A stretch of DNA of 64,000 nt from Minicystis rosea. GTDB lineage: Bacteria > Myxococcota_A > Polyangia > Polyangiales > Polyangiaceae. Positions within the stretch are counted from its first letter, which is position 1. Each line of letters begins with the position of its first letter. Location of the stretch: contig CP016211.1 of NCBI GenBank assembly GCA_001931535.1, positions 4,503,573 to 4,567,572 on the forward strand, given 5' to 3'. Positions 29,327 to 38,142 of the stretch are shown here, one piece after another. The position numbers and the translations under genes are program-made. The notes beneath the pieces are model-generated. The model was not told where the DNA came from, made no database searches, and was given only the letters and a program-made list of their open reading frames with translations.

Positions 29327-30486
29327 GAGCTCTCTCCCGAGCGTGCGAGGCGCGCGCGTGCCTCCTCGAACGCCTGCATCCATCGGCGCTGGAGCTCCGG
29401 AGCGCGATTCAGCGCGCGCCCCCAGCGCTCGTCCTCGCTCTGCTTCGCTTCGGGCGTCAGGCCGTGCCGGGCGAGCAGATCATTGACCTCGGCGCCCGTC
29501 GTGAGCTCCGCGACGAGCCGCGCGTGAAGCTCGATCGTCAGCATCGGCTCAGCGGTCGCGGGTGCACGCTCGAACGCCTCCGCGAGCGGGATGATCTTCC
29601 CGCTCGGCATCTCCAGCACCGTCGTTGCATCGGGATCGACGACAACCGGCACCGGAGCGGCATGATCGGCTTCGTGTCGTGCCACCCACGCGGGCGGCAC
29701 AGGCTCGTTTGACACGAGAGCAGCGTCGACCGGAGCCGCCGGCGCCCCGCTCACGAAGAACGCGGACGCCGTGAACGGCAGCGCGGCGTCGGCTTCCTGC
29801 ACGCCTCCCAGACGCGTCTCGTCGAGCCCGGGCGCCGTGGCATGCGCACGCTTGCGTCTCGGGAGCGGGACCGCAAGCGGCGGCGGGAGCGGCCCCGGCT
29901 CGCCCTCGCCGAACGGGAGCGCCCGTGTGCGCGGGCTCACGACCGTGGCGGTCTTCCCATCGCGCCCGCGCGGCGTCGGCCCCGTTTGGATGAGCCGCGG
30001 TCGCTCGGGCGCCGGCACGGGCGGTTCGCGGCGCTCGCCCTGAAGGAGCTCGAGCGCATCCGCGCGCAGCTTCGCATCCTCGGCGAGGCGGTCGGACCAG
30101 AGGCGGTGCAAGTGCGCCAGATCCGCGACGCCGAGCTTCATCTCTTCGAGGAACGCGACCGGATCCGGATGGGCCAGCCACGCTTGCAGGAAGTCGAACC
30201 ACGAGCGCAGATCCTCATCGAGCGGCGGGATTCGTCGTGTCCAGTGCGTGCGCGCCTCGGCCGTCGCCGCTTCGAGCGCATCGAAGAACGACGGATCGTC
30301 CTCGATCGCGTCGAGCACATGCTCATCCCACGCTTCCTCCGCGGCCTCCCACGTACGCGCATCGAGCCGCAAGAAACCAAGGAGCTCGCCCAGCCCGAGC
30401 CCATCCGTGAGCCCGGCCCGCACGAACGCGAACTGCGCGAGCGTCACGCCGTCGAGAGCCATCTCCGTCACGTCAGCCATCGGCAT
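29323..30486 (-). CDS. hypothetical protein between DUF2169 and vgrG3 (possible adaptor)
   Basis: ATG at 30486 (MPMADVTEMALDG...) within ORF 29323..30537. The stop overlaps the vgrG3 start. No recognisable domain. Acidic, helical N-terminus and a Pro-rich middle. Confidence 0.45.
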   Translation of the reverse strand: MPMADVTEMALDGVTLAQFAFVRAGLTDGLGLGELLGFLRLDARTWEAAEEAWDEHVLDAIEDDPSFFDALEAATAEARTHWTRRIPPLDEDLRSWFDFLQAWLAHPDPVAFLEEMKLGVADLAHLHRLWSDRLAEDAKLRADALELLQGERREPPVPAPERPRLIQTGPTPRGRDGKTATVVSPRTRALPFGEGEPGPLPPPLAVPLPRRKRAHATAPGLDETRLGGVQEADAALPFTASAFFVSGAPAAPVDAALVSNEPVPPAWVARHEADHAAPVPVVVDPDATTVLEMPSGKIIPLAEAFERAPATAEPMLTIELHARLVAELTTGAEVNDLLARHGLTPEAKQSEDERWGRALNRAPELQRRWMQAFEEARARLARSGESS

Positions 30487-31465
30487 CCACCCGGATCTCG
30501 CGCAGCGCGGTCTTGCCGCGTCCCATCGGGAACGCATGGCGCACGGTGAGCTCGATGCGATCGTCGAGTGGCTCGATCAGCACCGTGTCGACGGTGGGCC
30601 GCACCCCCACCGACCGCCCGTCGTTGTAGCGCCCGTGCAGCGAGACGGGCAGCGACGGAAGCTCCGCCTTCCAGAGACCGTCGAGTGTCATCCCGACGAG
30701 CGCGATTGGATCACCCGCGCCGAGCGGCGGATCAAACTGCAACGCGACCGGGGCCACGTTGTTGTGCCGCACGTCGAAGTCGGCGGGCATGCGCGGCATC
30801 CGCGTCCTCCGCCATATGTCATCGAAGGTGCCGGCGAGCTCCGCGCGCGGCGACCAGTGCGCGCTGATGGCGCCGAAGCCGACTGGCTCGGGTCGGTCGG
30901 CGGCGCTCGTGATTGGGAATGCGGGGTCCTCGATTTGCGGCGCGGGCATGTCGACCAACTCGGCCGCGCTCCGACCGAAGCCGCGCCCCACGGGGTTGCG
31001 CCGCTCCACGACGCTCTTGTCCAAGCTCGTACCGCCGTACGCGCGCTCCCACACGATCGGCTTGCGCTCGAAGGACGCGGCCGGGCCCACTGTCACGCCG
31101 AGCGCGCCGCGGTAGTAGACGCGCTCGCCGTGGACCCGCAGGTGGATTTTGCGGTCGCGCACGAGGGCGCCGACGTCCACCGCGAGCACGGGACGCTGCG
31201 ACACCGCCGCACCGACAATCACGACGTCCGTGCCACGCTTCTCTACGCAGATGTCGCCGGGGTAGCGGATGCAACTGTCCTCGGCGTTGGGGAAGTATGA
31301 GATGTCGCCGGCGCGCACCGGAACCTGCTCATCCGCGAGCGCGAGGCGCCCGCGCGCGTCCCGGCGGAAGGTCGCCTTCACGACGGCAAGCACGACGTCG
31401 CGGCCGTCGGGAGCGGCAAGGGGCGCGGCGAGCGCGGCGAAGGATGTCGCGTTGGCGAGGGCCAT
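30473..31465 (-). CDS. DUF2169-family T6SS-associated protein
   Basis: ATG at 31465 (M64 of ORF 30473..31654). N-terminus 'LANATSFAALAAPLAAPDGRDVVLAVVKATFRRD' fits the DUF2169 N-terminal pattern (N.T.f......vvvKaTf). About 330 aa in the typical position beside vgrG. Confidence 0.55.
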   Translation of the reverse strand: MALANATSFAALAAPLAAPDGRDVVLAVVKATFRRDARGRLALADEQVPVRAGDISYFPNAEDSCIRYPGDICVEKRGTDVVIVGAAVSQRPVLAVDVGALVRDRKIHLRVHGERVYYRGALGVTVGPAASFERKPIVWERAYGGTSLDKSVVERRNPVGRGFGRSAAELVDMPAPQIEDPAFPITSAADRPEPVGFGAISAHWSPRAELAGTFDDIWRRTRMPRMPADFDVRHNNVAPVALQFDPPLGAGDPIALVGMTLDGLWKAELPSLPVSLHGRYNDGRSVGVRPTVDTVLIEPLDDRIELTVRHAFPMGRGKTALREIRVDADG

Positions 31466-31469
31466 GGGG

Positions 31470-32117
31470 CTAGGTCGAGTCCTGGTGCCCGCGCAACCGA
31501 CCGCAAGTGGAGCATCGGAAGACGTAGGTTGATACGGTGTCCGCTTCGACCCACTCGGCAAGATCGGCCGCTTCATCGGCGCGGAAGTCGAGAACCTCTC
31601 CCACCAGAGTGACAACCTCGACCCTGCGCTCGGCCGCCGCTCGCGCCCAATCATCGATATCCCAGCTACCTACGAAGATCGCGGGACGATGGCAGCAGAA
31701 CTGCCATTGCTCACCCTGCCACGTGCTGTAGTTTGGAGTTCGCAGGAGTTCTTCGAGGTGCTCTGGCGCGATCCGGACGCTGTACCACTCCTCGTCGTCC
31801 TCGGTGCGGGGCACCACCTCGTATCCCAGCGACGGCCACGGCGGGGAGTCCGTGCCGTGCGTGATACCCTTCGCAGCATGCTCCGCATCCACGATACCAA
31901 ACTCGGTATCTTTCATCCACGATGCGCGCCCCCCACGCAGACACGTGTAGCAGGCCACAAGCCTGTCCTTGTGTACGATCTCGAAGATGGGAACGCCACG
32001 GACGCCGCACATGGCGCAGTTGCCCGTCAACTTGAAGCCTTCCGCATCGGCGACACGCGCCTCAAACAGCGGGAATGGCATCCCGAGTTCCGCAAACGTT
32101 GACGTGTCAGAGCCCAT
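31470..32117 (-). CDS. cbrC: CbrC-family (UPF0167) protein
   Basis: 215 aa with an AAGGAG RBS. N-terminus 'FPLFEARVADAEGFKLTGNCAMCGVRG' and C-terminus 'YVFRCSTCGRL' parallel the CbrC/UPF0167 pattern (LPxFxYHPDPxxTG...CxxC ... FxCxxCG). Confidence 0.55.
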   Translation of the reverse strand: MGSDTSTFAELGMPFPLFEARVADAEGFKLTGNCAMCGVRGVPIFEIVHKDRLVACYTCLRGGRASWMKDTEFGIVDAEHAAKGITHGTDSPPWPSLGYEVVPRTEDDEEWYSVRIAPEHLEELLRTPNYSTWQGEQWQFCCHRPAIFVGSWDIDDWARAAAERRVEVVTLVGEVLDFRADEAADLAEWVEADTVSTYVFRCSTCGRLRGHQDST

Positions 32118-32132
32118 GGCAGTCTCCTTTGG

Positions 32133-32357
32133 TCAGAGCGGGATCGGTTTGTAGTTGAGGAGTTCGTCCACGATCTCCTCATCGCTGGCGTTCGTAAATC
32201 GACTGTCCCAGAAGATGACGTTGATGGGCATGGGGTGGACGACGGCTTCGTCCAGGCGATCGACTAGCGCGTCAATCTCCTCCTCCGTCCCCTCTGCGTT
32301 GCGGATCTTGTGCACCATGATCACGAGTTCGTCTCGCGAAAGCTGGCGTTGGGACAT
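32133..32357 (-). CDS. colicin/pyocin DNase-type immunity protein (Im family)
   Basis: 74 aa. 'LSRDELVIMVHKIRNAEGTEEEIDALVDRLDEAVVHPMPINVIFWD...SDEEIVDELLNYKP' parallels Im9 ('EFLQLVTTICNA...[27 protein letters not shown]'). AAGGAG RBS. Sits 16 nt downstream of the Rhs stop. Confidence 0.7.
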   Translation of the reverse strand: MSQRQLSRDELVIMVHKIRNAEGTEEEIDALVDRLDEAVVHPMPINVIFWDSRFTNASDEEIVDELLNYKPIPL

Positions 32358-32372
32358 CGTGCGCTCCTTGCT

Positions 32373-35300
32373 TCAGAAGTGATAGCCGCGATCGAGAATG
32401 CTCTGATGAAACCGCGGGGTGACCACAGCCAAGTTGCCCATATCGTAAACCCCGCCACCGTGCTGAATCGGCGTCAGGTGATGGATCACGTATCGTTTTT
32501 GCCCCTTGTACTGTTGCTCCCACGTGGTGAATGGTGATTCTCCGCGCCTCATCGTTTTGACCTGTCCCTCGTCGAACCGCGCAGATGCCTTTGGATCAGC
32601 GGCAACGGCCCTCCAAAACGCCTCGCGAAAGTCGTCAAAGGTCCTGAACCAACGTCCCTTGAGAGCTTCTGCGACGGACTTCGGAATGCGGCCAGCGTTA
32701 CGCTCTGTTCCCTTCATCCAGTTCTCAGGATCCGGGTGATTCTCCCCCATGTATGCCTTCCCCGGGCTATTCCGAAGCAGCCCCCAGGGATCGACGTCCG
32801 CCGCGGGACTCCCGTCAAACGCGAACAGGTTTCGCCCACCACGCACGCCCAGCGGATCCGGGCTAATCCACCTTCCCACCTCCGGGTCGAAGTACCGGAA
32901 GCGCGTGTAACAGAGCCCCGTCTCTTCATCGAGGAACTGCCCCATGAGCCGGAACGGCGTCGAGACCGCGCGCTTCGCCTGCGGATCTCTCCACGTCTCG
33001 ATCACCTGGCCCCACGCCGAGTGCATCGCGGCCCAGGCCACGCGGCCGTCCTGATCGACGAGCTCCTTCGGAATCCCGAGGTGGTCGTTGATGTACGTGA
33101 ACACCTCGCCCTGCTCCTGGTGGAGCATCGGCTCGAAAGTGCCGGGCTCGTGAACGAAGAACCGTGCTCCCTTCTCCGGATCGAGCTCGCCCGCGAGCAC
33201 GTTGCCGTCCCACAGGTATTCGACGACGCCGATCGGCGGCAGCGCCTCCGGCCCCTTCTCGTAGGCGAGCACGACCATCTTCTTGATGTCGCGCCGCTCG
33301 GCGGGGACGATCTGCTTCCGGACGCGGCGCCCGAACGCATCATACGTGTAGAGGACACGACGGCCGTCCGAGAGGCGGGTCTCGCGTAGCCGATCGCGGC
33401 AGTCCCAAAGGTACTCCGTCGACACGCCGGTCCGCTTCTTCGTGTGCTTCGTCCGCCGGCCCTGGCCGTCGTTCTCATAGCGCGCGCTCGGCGTCTCCGT
33501 CAGCAGATCGCCCTCGCGCGTGTGGAACGGGTGGATGCGATCGACATCGGCCAGGTCACGCAGCATGTTGAATAGGCCGCCGGTGCCGTCGTAGTCGAAG
33601 ACCTCCCGATGCCTGCCGAGCGCCGCCTCGATGAGTTGACCTAGCGGATCGTGCTGATAGGTCGTCGTGCCGTGTCGCGCGTCGGCGACGGTGCGCACGC
33701 GGCTGGCGTTGTCGTACTGGAGTTGGCGGCGCGAGAGGAGCGTCGCGGCGCCGACCCCCGTGGGCGCTGGCGCCGTGACTTGCTGGTCGACGAGCCGGTC
33801 CATGGCGTCATATGCGCGAAGAATGTCGACGCCTCCCGCGTACACGTGACGCCGCACGTCGCGGCCGAGGACGTCGCGCTGGATGGCGACGCGATGCCCG
33901 TCGTGCTCGACGCCGACGATGTCCCCCTGCGCGTCATAGTGGTAGTGCGTCGTGGCTCCGTTCGGCAGCGTGCGCGCGGTGCGACGTCCCTGCTCGTCGT
34001 AGGCGAACGTGATCGTCCGCTCGTCCTGCGTCTCCTTGATCACGCGGCCGAATGTGTCGCGCTCGAAGCTCGTCACGACCTTGCCGTTGTACTCGGTGAG
34101 CACCGCCTTCTTGACAAGTCCCAAGCGGTCGCGCTCGACCTTGATGGTGCCGTGCGGCGACAGGTCTGCGATCACGTTGCCCAGCGGATCATAAGCCAGG
34201 TTGCGGAACGTCCGGTCCGGGTAGTCGATACGCGAGAGGTTCTCCGCGAGCGAGTACGTGTACCGCAGCGTTCGGCCGTGGAAGCTCGTCTCCTCAATCA
34301 CACGGCCGGCGTCGTCGTAGTGCAGGCGGTACTCCTCGGCGCGCGGATCGGTGATGCTCCGCAGGCGTTCGAGCTCGTCGTACTTGAAGTGCCACTCCTG
34401 CTCCGTCGGATCGATGAGCTTCACGAGCGCATGCTGGCCCGCGTACTCCATGCGCGTCGTGTGGCCCTCCTCGTCGGTGACGGCAACGGCCCGCCCAATC
34501 GCGTCGTACTCGCACCGTGCCGTGGTGCGATCGGGCCGGTGGAGAGCGATCCTGCGCCCGAGCCGATCGTACTCGACACGGGTCACGCGGCCGAGCGCGT
34601 CCGTGCGCGTGAGCGGGCGCCCGAGAACGTCGTAGGTGCACCGCGTGACCGCCCCTCGGCCATCGGTCTCCTGCACGAGATTGTGCTGCTCGTCATACGT
34701 GAACGACGCGACGAGGCCAGCGTTCCCGTGCATCGCGGTCACACGGCCCCGGCCGTCGTACGTGAGCGTGAACCGCTCCCCGGTCGGGTGCGTCACCTCC
34801 TCGAGGGCGCCGCGGCCATCGTACGCGTACGTGGTGGCGTGGCCGCGCGGATCCACGTGCGCGACGAGCCGGTCGTCGTCGTACTCGAATGTCGTGGTGT
34901 TGCCCGCTTGGTCGATGCGCTCGACGAGGTTGGCGCGCGCGTCGTAGCGCAGCTTGATCTTCTCGCCCGCGGCGTTCGCCTCGGAGAGCAGGTGGTGGTC
35001 CTCGTCGTACTCGCGCACGCGGGCCCACTGGCCGTCGAGCGTCTCCTCGCGGACCACCAGCCCGTCCTCGGTCCAGGTGAACTTGAGAGGCTCCTGGTTG
35101 CCGGAGGTGAACGTGACCCGCTTTTCGAGATCGAAGTGCAGATCGGCCTCGTAGATCCCGCGGTCGCCGATGGTGCGCACGCAGCGGCCCGTGGCGTCAT
35201 CGTACGTGTAGCGAAAGCTCACCCCAACCTGCGTCGTGCGCTTCGTGAGGCGGTGCCAGCCGTCGTACTCGTAGCGGAGCACGCCGCCGAGCGCGTCGGT

Positions 35301-36431
35301 TGCGGTCGCAAGCTCGCCCTCCGGATGGTATGTGTAATCGACCCACTGGCAGAGTTCGGACCGCTCTCCAGCGCTCCAGACCTCGACGCGCCGGATTCGT
35401 CCCTTGTCATCGGAGAGCACGCGCAGCTCGCGTCCAGCTGTGTCGACCACGCGCGCGAGCTTCCCGGCCTCGTAGTGAAGCTCTACGCGGTTGCCCCACG
35501 CGTCGCGCACGAGGCGGAGCACCGCGCGTCCACCGGCATCGAGCGGCGCGAACACACGCACAAGCCGGCTCTCGGCGCTCTCGACCTCGAACGCGCCCGC
35601 CGACGTCACGCGGAGCGTGAGCTGGTCGCGCCGGTGGAATGTGGTCTCACCCGGCGCGATCTTCTTGAAGTGGACAGCGCGGCCTTCCTCGATGCGCAGG
35701 CGCCAGACGTCGTCCCCGGGCTCGATCCACTGCGCGAAGCAGTGCGTCCACCCGCCTTTACCGAACGGGCCGCCGCGCTCATTGGAACGCGCCGAGGAGT
35801 AGAAGCGCTGCCATTCGACCAGGATCATGCCTGGGAGCGTGAGTTCCGTTGTGTCGTCAACGACGAAGCCCGTGGCGACGGTCACGGGCTCGCCGGCCGT
35901 GGGCGTCTTGGAGGCGTTTTGGGGAAGGAGCGCAATCGGCTTCCGCTCGTCGTCGCCGCCGCCATCCGCTGTCGACGCGCCCGACGATCCGGCGCCTCCC
36001 CCCTCGACCAGCGCGCCAGTCTGCTGCGCAACACCGCCCTTCGGAGAGGGCTTGTTCATCGCGACTGTGTCGCCCGTCGTCGCTACGCCCTTGCCGTCCA
36101 CCAGCGTGCGCGAGGAGCCGCTCGTCACCTCGACGTTGCCGGCGACGCCCGCAATGCCATGCGACACGATATCTCCCCCGAGCACCTGCGAAGGCGCGTT
36201 GCCCGGCGAATCGGTGGCCATGTAGCTACCCTTGACCACGACCTCCGCCCCGGCAATCGTGGTCGCCGATTCGGTGCCCGATGCCTTCGAGGTGTCTGCG
36301 GTGGTCACGACGGGAGTGGGCACAGGGGCGCCGGGCGGCGTCGGCGGGTAAAGGCTCGTCTGCGGCGCCGCGACGGCCTTGTGTTTCGTCTTCTTGGTCG
36401 CGACCTTTTTGCCGCCCGACGTCGTACCCAT
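32373..36431 (-). CDS. rhs: Rhs/YD-repeat polymorphic toxin: N-terminal PAAR-like region, Rhs core, C-terminal colicin-E9-type HNH DNase domain
   Basis: 1352 aa with dozens of YD repeats ('RYEYDGWHRL', 'YTYDDATGR', 'YDPLGN') and the Rhs core terminus 'PFRLMGQFLDEETGLCYTRFRYFDPEVGRWISPDPLG...DPWGL'. The last 134 aa (about 32373-32777) match the colicin E9 DNase: 'KRYVIHHLTPIQHGGGVYDMGNLAVVTPRFHQSI' against E9 '[32 protein letters not shown]'. N-terminus 'GGDIVSHG...VEVTSGSSRTLVDGKGVATTGD' is PAAR-like (tentative). Confidence 0.85.
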   Translation of the reverse strand: MGTTSGGKKVATKKTKHKAVAAPQTSLYPPTPPGAPVPTPVVTTADTSKASGTESATTIAGAEVVVKGSYMATDSPGNAPSQVLGGDIVSHGIAGVAGNVEVTSGSSRTLVDGKGVATTGDTVAMNKPSPKGGVAQQTGALVEGGGAGSSGASTADGGGDDERKPIALLPQNASKTPTAGEPVTVATGFVVDDTTELTLPGMILVEWQRFYSSARSNERGGPFGKGGWTHCFAQWIEPGDDVWRLRIEEGRAVHFKKIAPGETTFHRRDQLTLRVTSAGAFEVESAESRLVRVFAPLDAGGRAVLRLVRDAWGNRVELHYEAGKLARVVDTAGRELRVLSDDKGRIRRVEVWSAGERSELCQWVDYTYHPEGELATATDALGGVLRYEYDGWHRLTKRTTQVGVSFRYTYDDATGRCVRTIGDRGIYEADLHFDLEKRVTFTSGNQEPLKFTWTEDGLVVREETLDGQWARVREYDEDHHLLSEANAAGEKIKLRYDARANLVERIDQAGNTTTFEYDDDRLVAHVDPRGHATTYAYDGRGALEEVTHPTGERFTLTYDGRGRVTAMHGNAGLVASFTYDEQHNLVQETDGRGAVTRCTYDVLGRPLTRTDALGRVTRVEYDRLGRRIALHRPDRTTARCEYDAIGRAVAVTDEEGHTTRMEYAGQHALVKLIDPTEQEWHFKYDELERLRSITDPRAEEYRLHYDDAGRVIEETSFHGRTLRYTYSLAENLSRIDYPDRTFRNLAYDPLGNVIADLSPHGTIKVERDRLGLVKKAVLTEYNGKVVTSFERDTFGRVIKETQDERTITFAYDEQGRRTARTLPNGATTHYHYDAQGDIVGVEHDGHRVAIQRDVLGRDVRRHVYAGGVDILRAYDAMDRLVDQQVTAPAPTGVGAATLLSRRQLQYDNASRVRTVADARHGTTTYQHDPLGQLIEAALGRHREVFDYDGTGGLFNMLRDLADVDRIHPFHTREGDLLTETPSARYENDGQGRRTKHTKKRTGVSTEYLWDCRDRLRETRLSDGRRVLYTYDAFGRRVRKQIVPAERRDIKKMVVLAYEKGPEALPPIGVVEYLWDGNVLAGELDPEKGARFFVHEPGTFEPMLHQEQGEVFTYINDHLGIPKELVDQDGRVAWAAMHSAWGQVIETWRDPQAKRAVSTPFRLMGQFLDEETGLCYTRFRYFDPEVGRWISPDPLGVRGGRNLFAFDGSPAADVDPWGLLRNSPGKAYMGENHPDPENWMKGTERNAGRIPKSVAEALKGRWFRTFDDFREAFWRAVAADPKASARFDEGQVKTMRRGESPFTTWEQQYKGQKRYVIHHLTPIQHGGGVYDMGNLAVVTPRFHQSILDRGYHF

Positions 36432-36529
36432 GATTCGAATCCTCGCGCGCGGGGCAAATCTCCGCCGTAGACGCGCTTCGCGCGTCGTAAATACCGCTCT
36501 TTCCGCTGCGGCTTGCTATCGCATGAACG

Positions 36530-38116
36530 TCAATCGAATGACCGCGTGTTGGCCGTCACGCCGTCAGCGCCCTTGCCGTTGTCTGTAGTGGTATTGCCGT
36601 TGCCGCCGCCGCCCCCCTTGCCGAAGTTCGCTGGATCGATCTGGAACACACCCCCCGTGGGTGCCTTACCCTTGAAGGCGACACCGAGCGAGTGGCCGCC
36701 TTGACCGCCACCACCCGGACCGCCATTGCCGCCTTTGCCTCCATCACCGCCGCGGCAACTATCGTTGGCAGAACCGCCGGAACCGGGGGTTCCGCCGAAC
36801 CCTTTGGTACCGCCGCTCTGCCCATCACCACCCTTGCCACCATCCCCAGCCAGGCTCGACTTGAGCGTCGTTTGGCCAAGGGAAATAGTCGCGTTCAGGC
36901 TCACCAGCGCGATACTGGAGCCGCCCGGGTATCCTCCACCGCCGAGGGCTCCACCGCAGCCACCCGTCCCGCCGCCGCCACCGCTGGCACCCACACGATC
37001 CTGGGTGACGGCGTTGCAGGTGATCGACTTCGCGCCTTTGGCACCGCCACCGCCACCGCCGCCCTGGCCGGGCTTGCCGTTGGTCCCATCAGCACCCTTG
37101 TTGCCGGCGTAGCCGCTCGCCGAGAGCGCACCCGCGCCCATGGCTCCTACACCCGAATTGCCACTCGCGCCGGGCGCGCCAGTTGTGCCGTCATCGCACG
37201 TTGCCGTCGCAGGAGTGCCTTGTCCTTCGCCAATACCCCCTTTGCCTTTCGTCGGCTGGGAGATGTCTGTAGGAGTGCCGTCAGTGCCGCTCCCTGCCGG
37301 ATTGGGATTGCCGGCGGTGAAGTCTCCGCCGTCACCACCATTGCCCGCGTTCGACCCATCGCCAGTTGAGCACACCTTCGTCTTGCCCTTCGGCCCCGGG
37401 TTGCTCGCGCCTGAATCGCAGATGCCCACGCCCGGGTCTCCCTGCTCCCCATCAAGCGCGATGTCGTCAGCCGGATGCGTCCCGGGATCTCCCGCCTTCG
37501 CCGCCTTCGCCTCCAAGGTGCCATTGAGCATGTCGAGCGCCCCACCATTTACGAGCACCGCGATCGACGACGCCCCCGCCATCACCGCGTCAGCAGCGAT
37601 GATATTGAGGTTCTCGATGCGATTCGCTCCTCCATCGAGCACCAGCGCGGGCACATCAGACGCTCCGTTCAACGTGGCGAACGCCGAAGCCTGCCACGTC
37701 CACCCCTTCTCCGAAGTGCAGTTGCCGAACCCTCCGTAGACCTCCACTCCATCGGAGAAGCTCACCTGCATCGTCTCCGAGTACGTCTCCGCGCACGCGA
37801 AGACGCGCGCCGGCGTCGCCGCAGCGGCTTCTGCGAAGGTCCGGAAAGGCTTCGCCTTCCTTCCGTCGCCCCCCGGCGCCGCGCTCGCGCTCACGAACAC
37901 GCCGCACCCATCGCGTACGAGCGCGGGGTCCTTGGTGGGATCGCCTTCGCAATCCGGGTCCCCTCCGTCACCATCCGTCCCCGCATCCGTTGCGAGCTTC
38001 GGGTCCGTGAGCGGCAAGTAGTAGTCGTCCCACGTCGTTCCGCAGGCGATGGCGAGCGTCGCGAGCGCCGGCCCGAAGATGGCCGCCAGAACCGCACCGT
38101 AGCGTCGATTGCTCAT
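36530..38116 (-). CDS. secreted Gly-rich (collagen/GGxGxD-like repeat) lipoprotein
   Basis: ATG at 38116 (MSNRRYGAVLAAIFGPALATLAIACG lipobox). The C-terminal 300 aa are runs of GxGG/GGxG ('GKGGDGQSGGTKGFGGTPGSGG', 'GGGGGGGAKG'). It sits immediately upstream of rhs. Confidence 0.5.
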   Translation of the reverse strand: MSNRRYGAVLAAIFGPALATLAIACGTTWDDYYLPLTDPKLATDAGTDGDGGDPDCEGDPTKDPALVRDGCGVFVSASAAPGGDGRKAKPFRTFAEAAAATPARVFACAETYSETMQVSFSDGVEVYGGFGNCTSEKGWTWQASAFATLNGASDVPALVLDGGANRIENLNIIAADAVMAGASSIAVLVNGGALDMLNGTLEAKAAKAGDPGTHPADDIALDGEQGDPGVGICDSGASNPGPKGKTKVCSTGDGSNAGNGGDGGDFTAGNPNPAGSGTDGTPTDISQPTKGKGGIGEGQGTPATATCDDGTTGAPGASGNSGVGAMGAGALSASGYAGNKGADGTNGKPGQGGGGGGGAKGAKSITCNAVTQDRVGASGGGGGTGGCGGALGGGGYPGGSSIALVSLNATISLGQTTLKSSLAGDGGKGGDGQSGGTKGFGGTPGSGGSANDSCRGGDGGKGGNGGPGGGGQGGHSLGVAFKGKAPTGGVFQIDPANFGKGGGGGNGNTTTDNGKGADGVTANTRSFD

Positions 38117-38142
38117 GTGAATCCCTTGCAAGCTGGACACGA

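Noticed and set aside
33651-36470. 939-aa plus-strand ORF
   Set aside because: It is antisense to the Rhs gene, which has unmistakable YD repeats on the minus strand.
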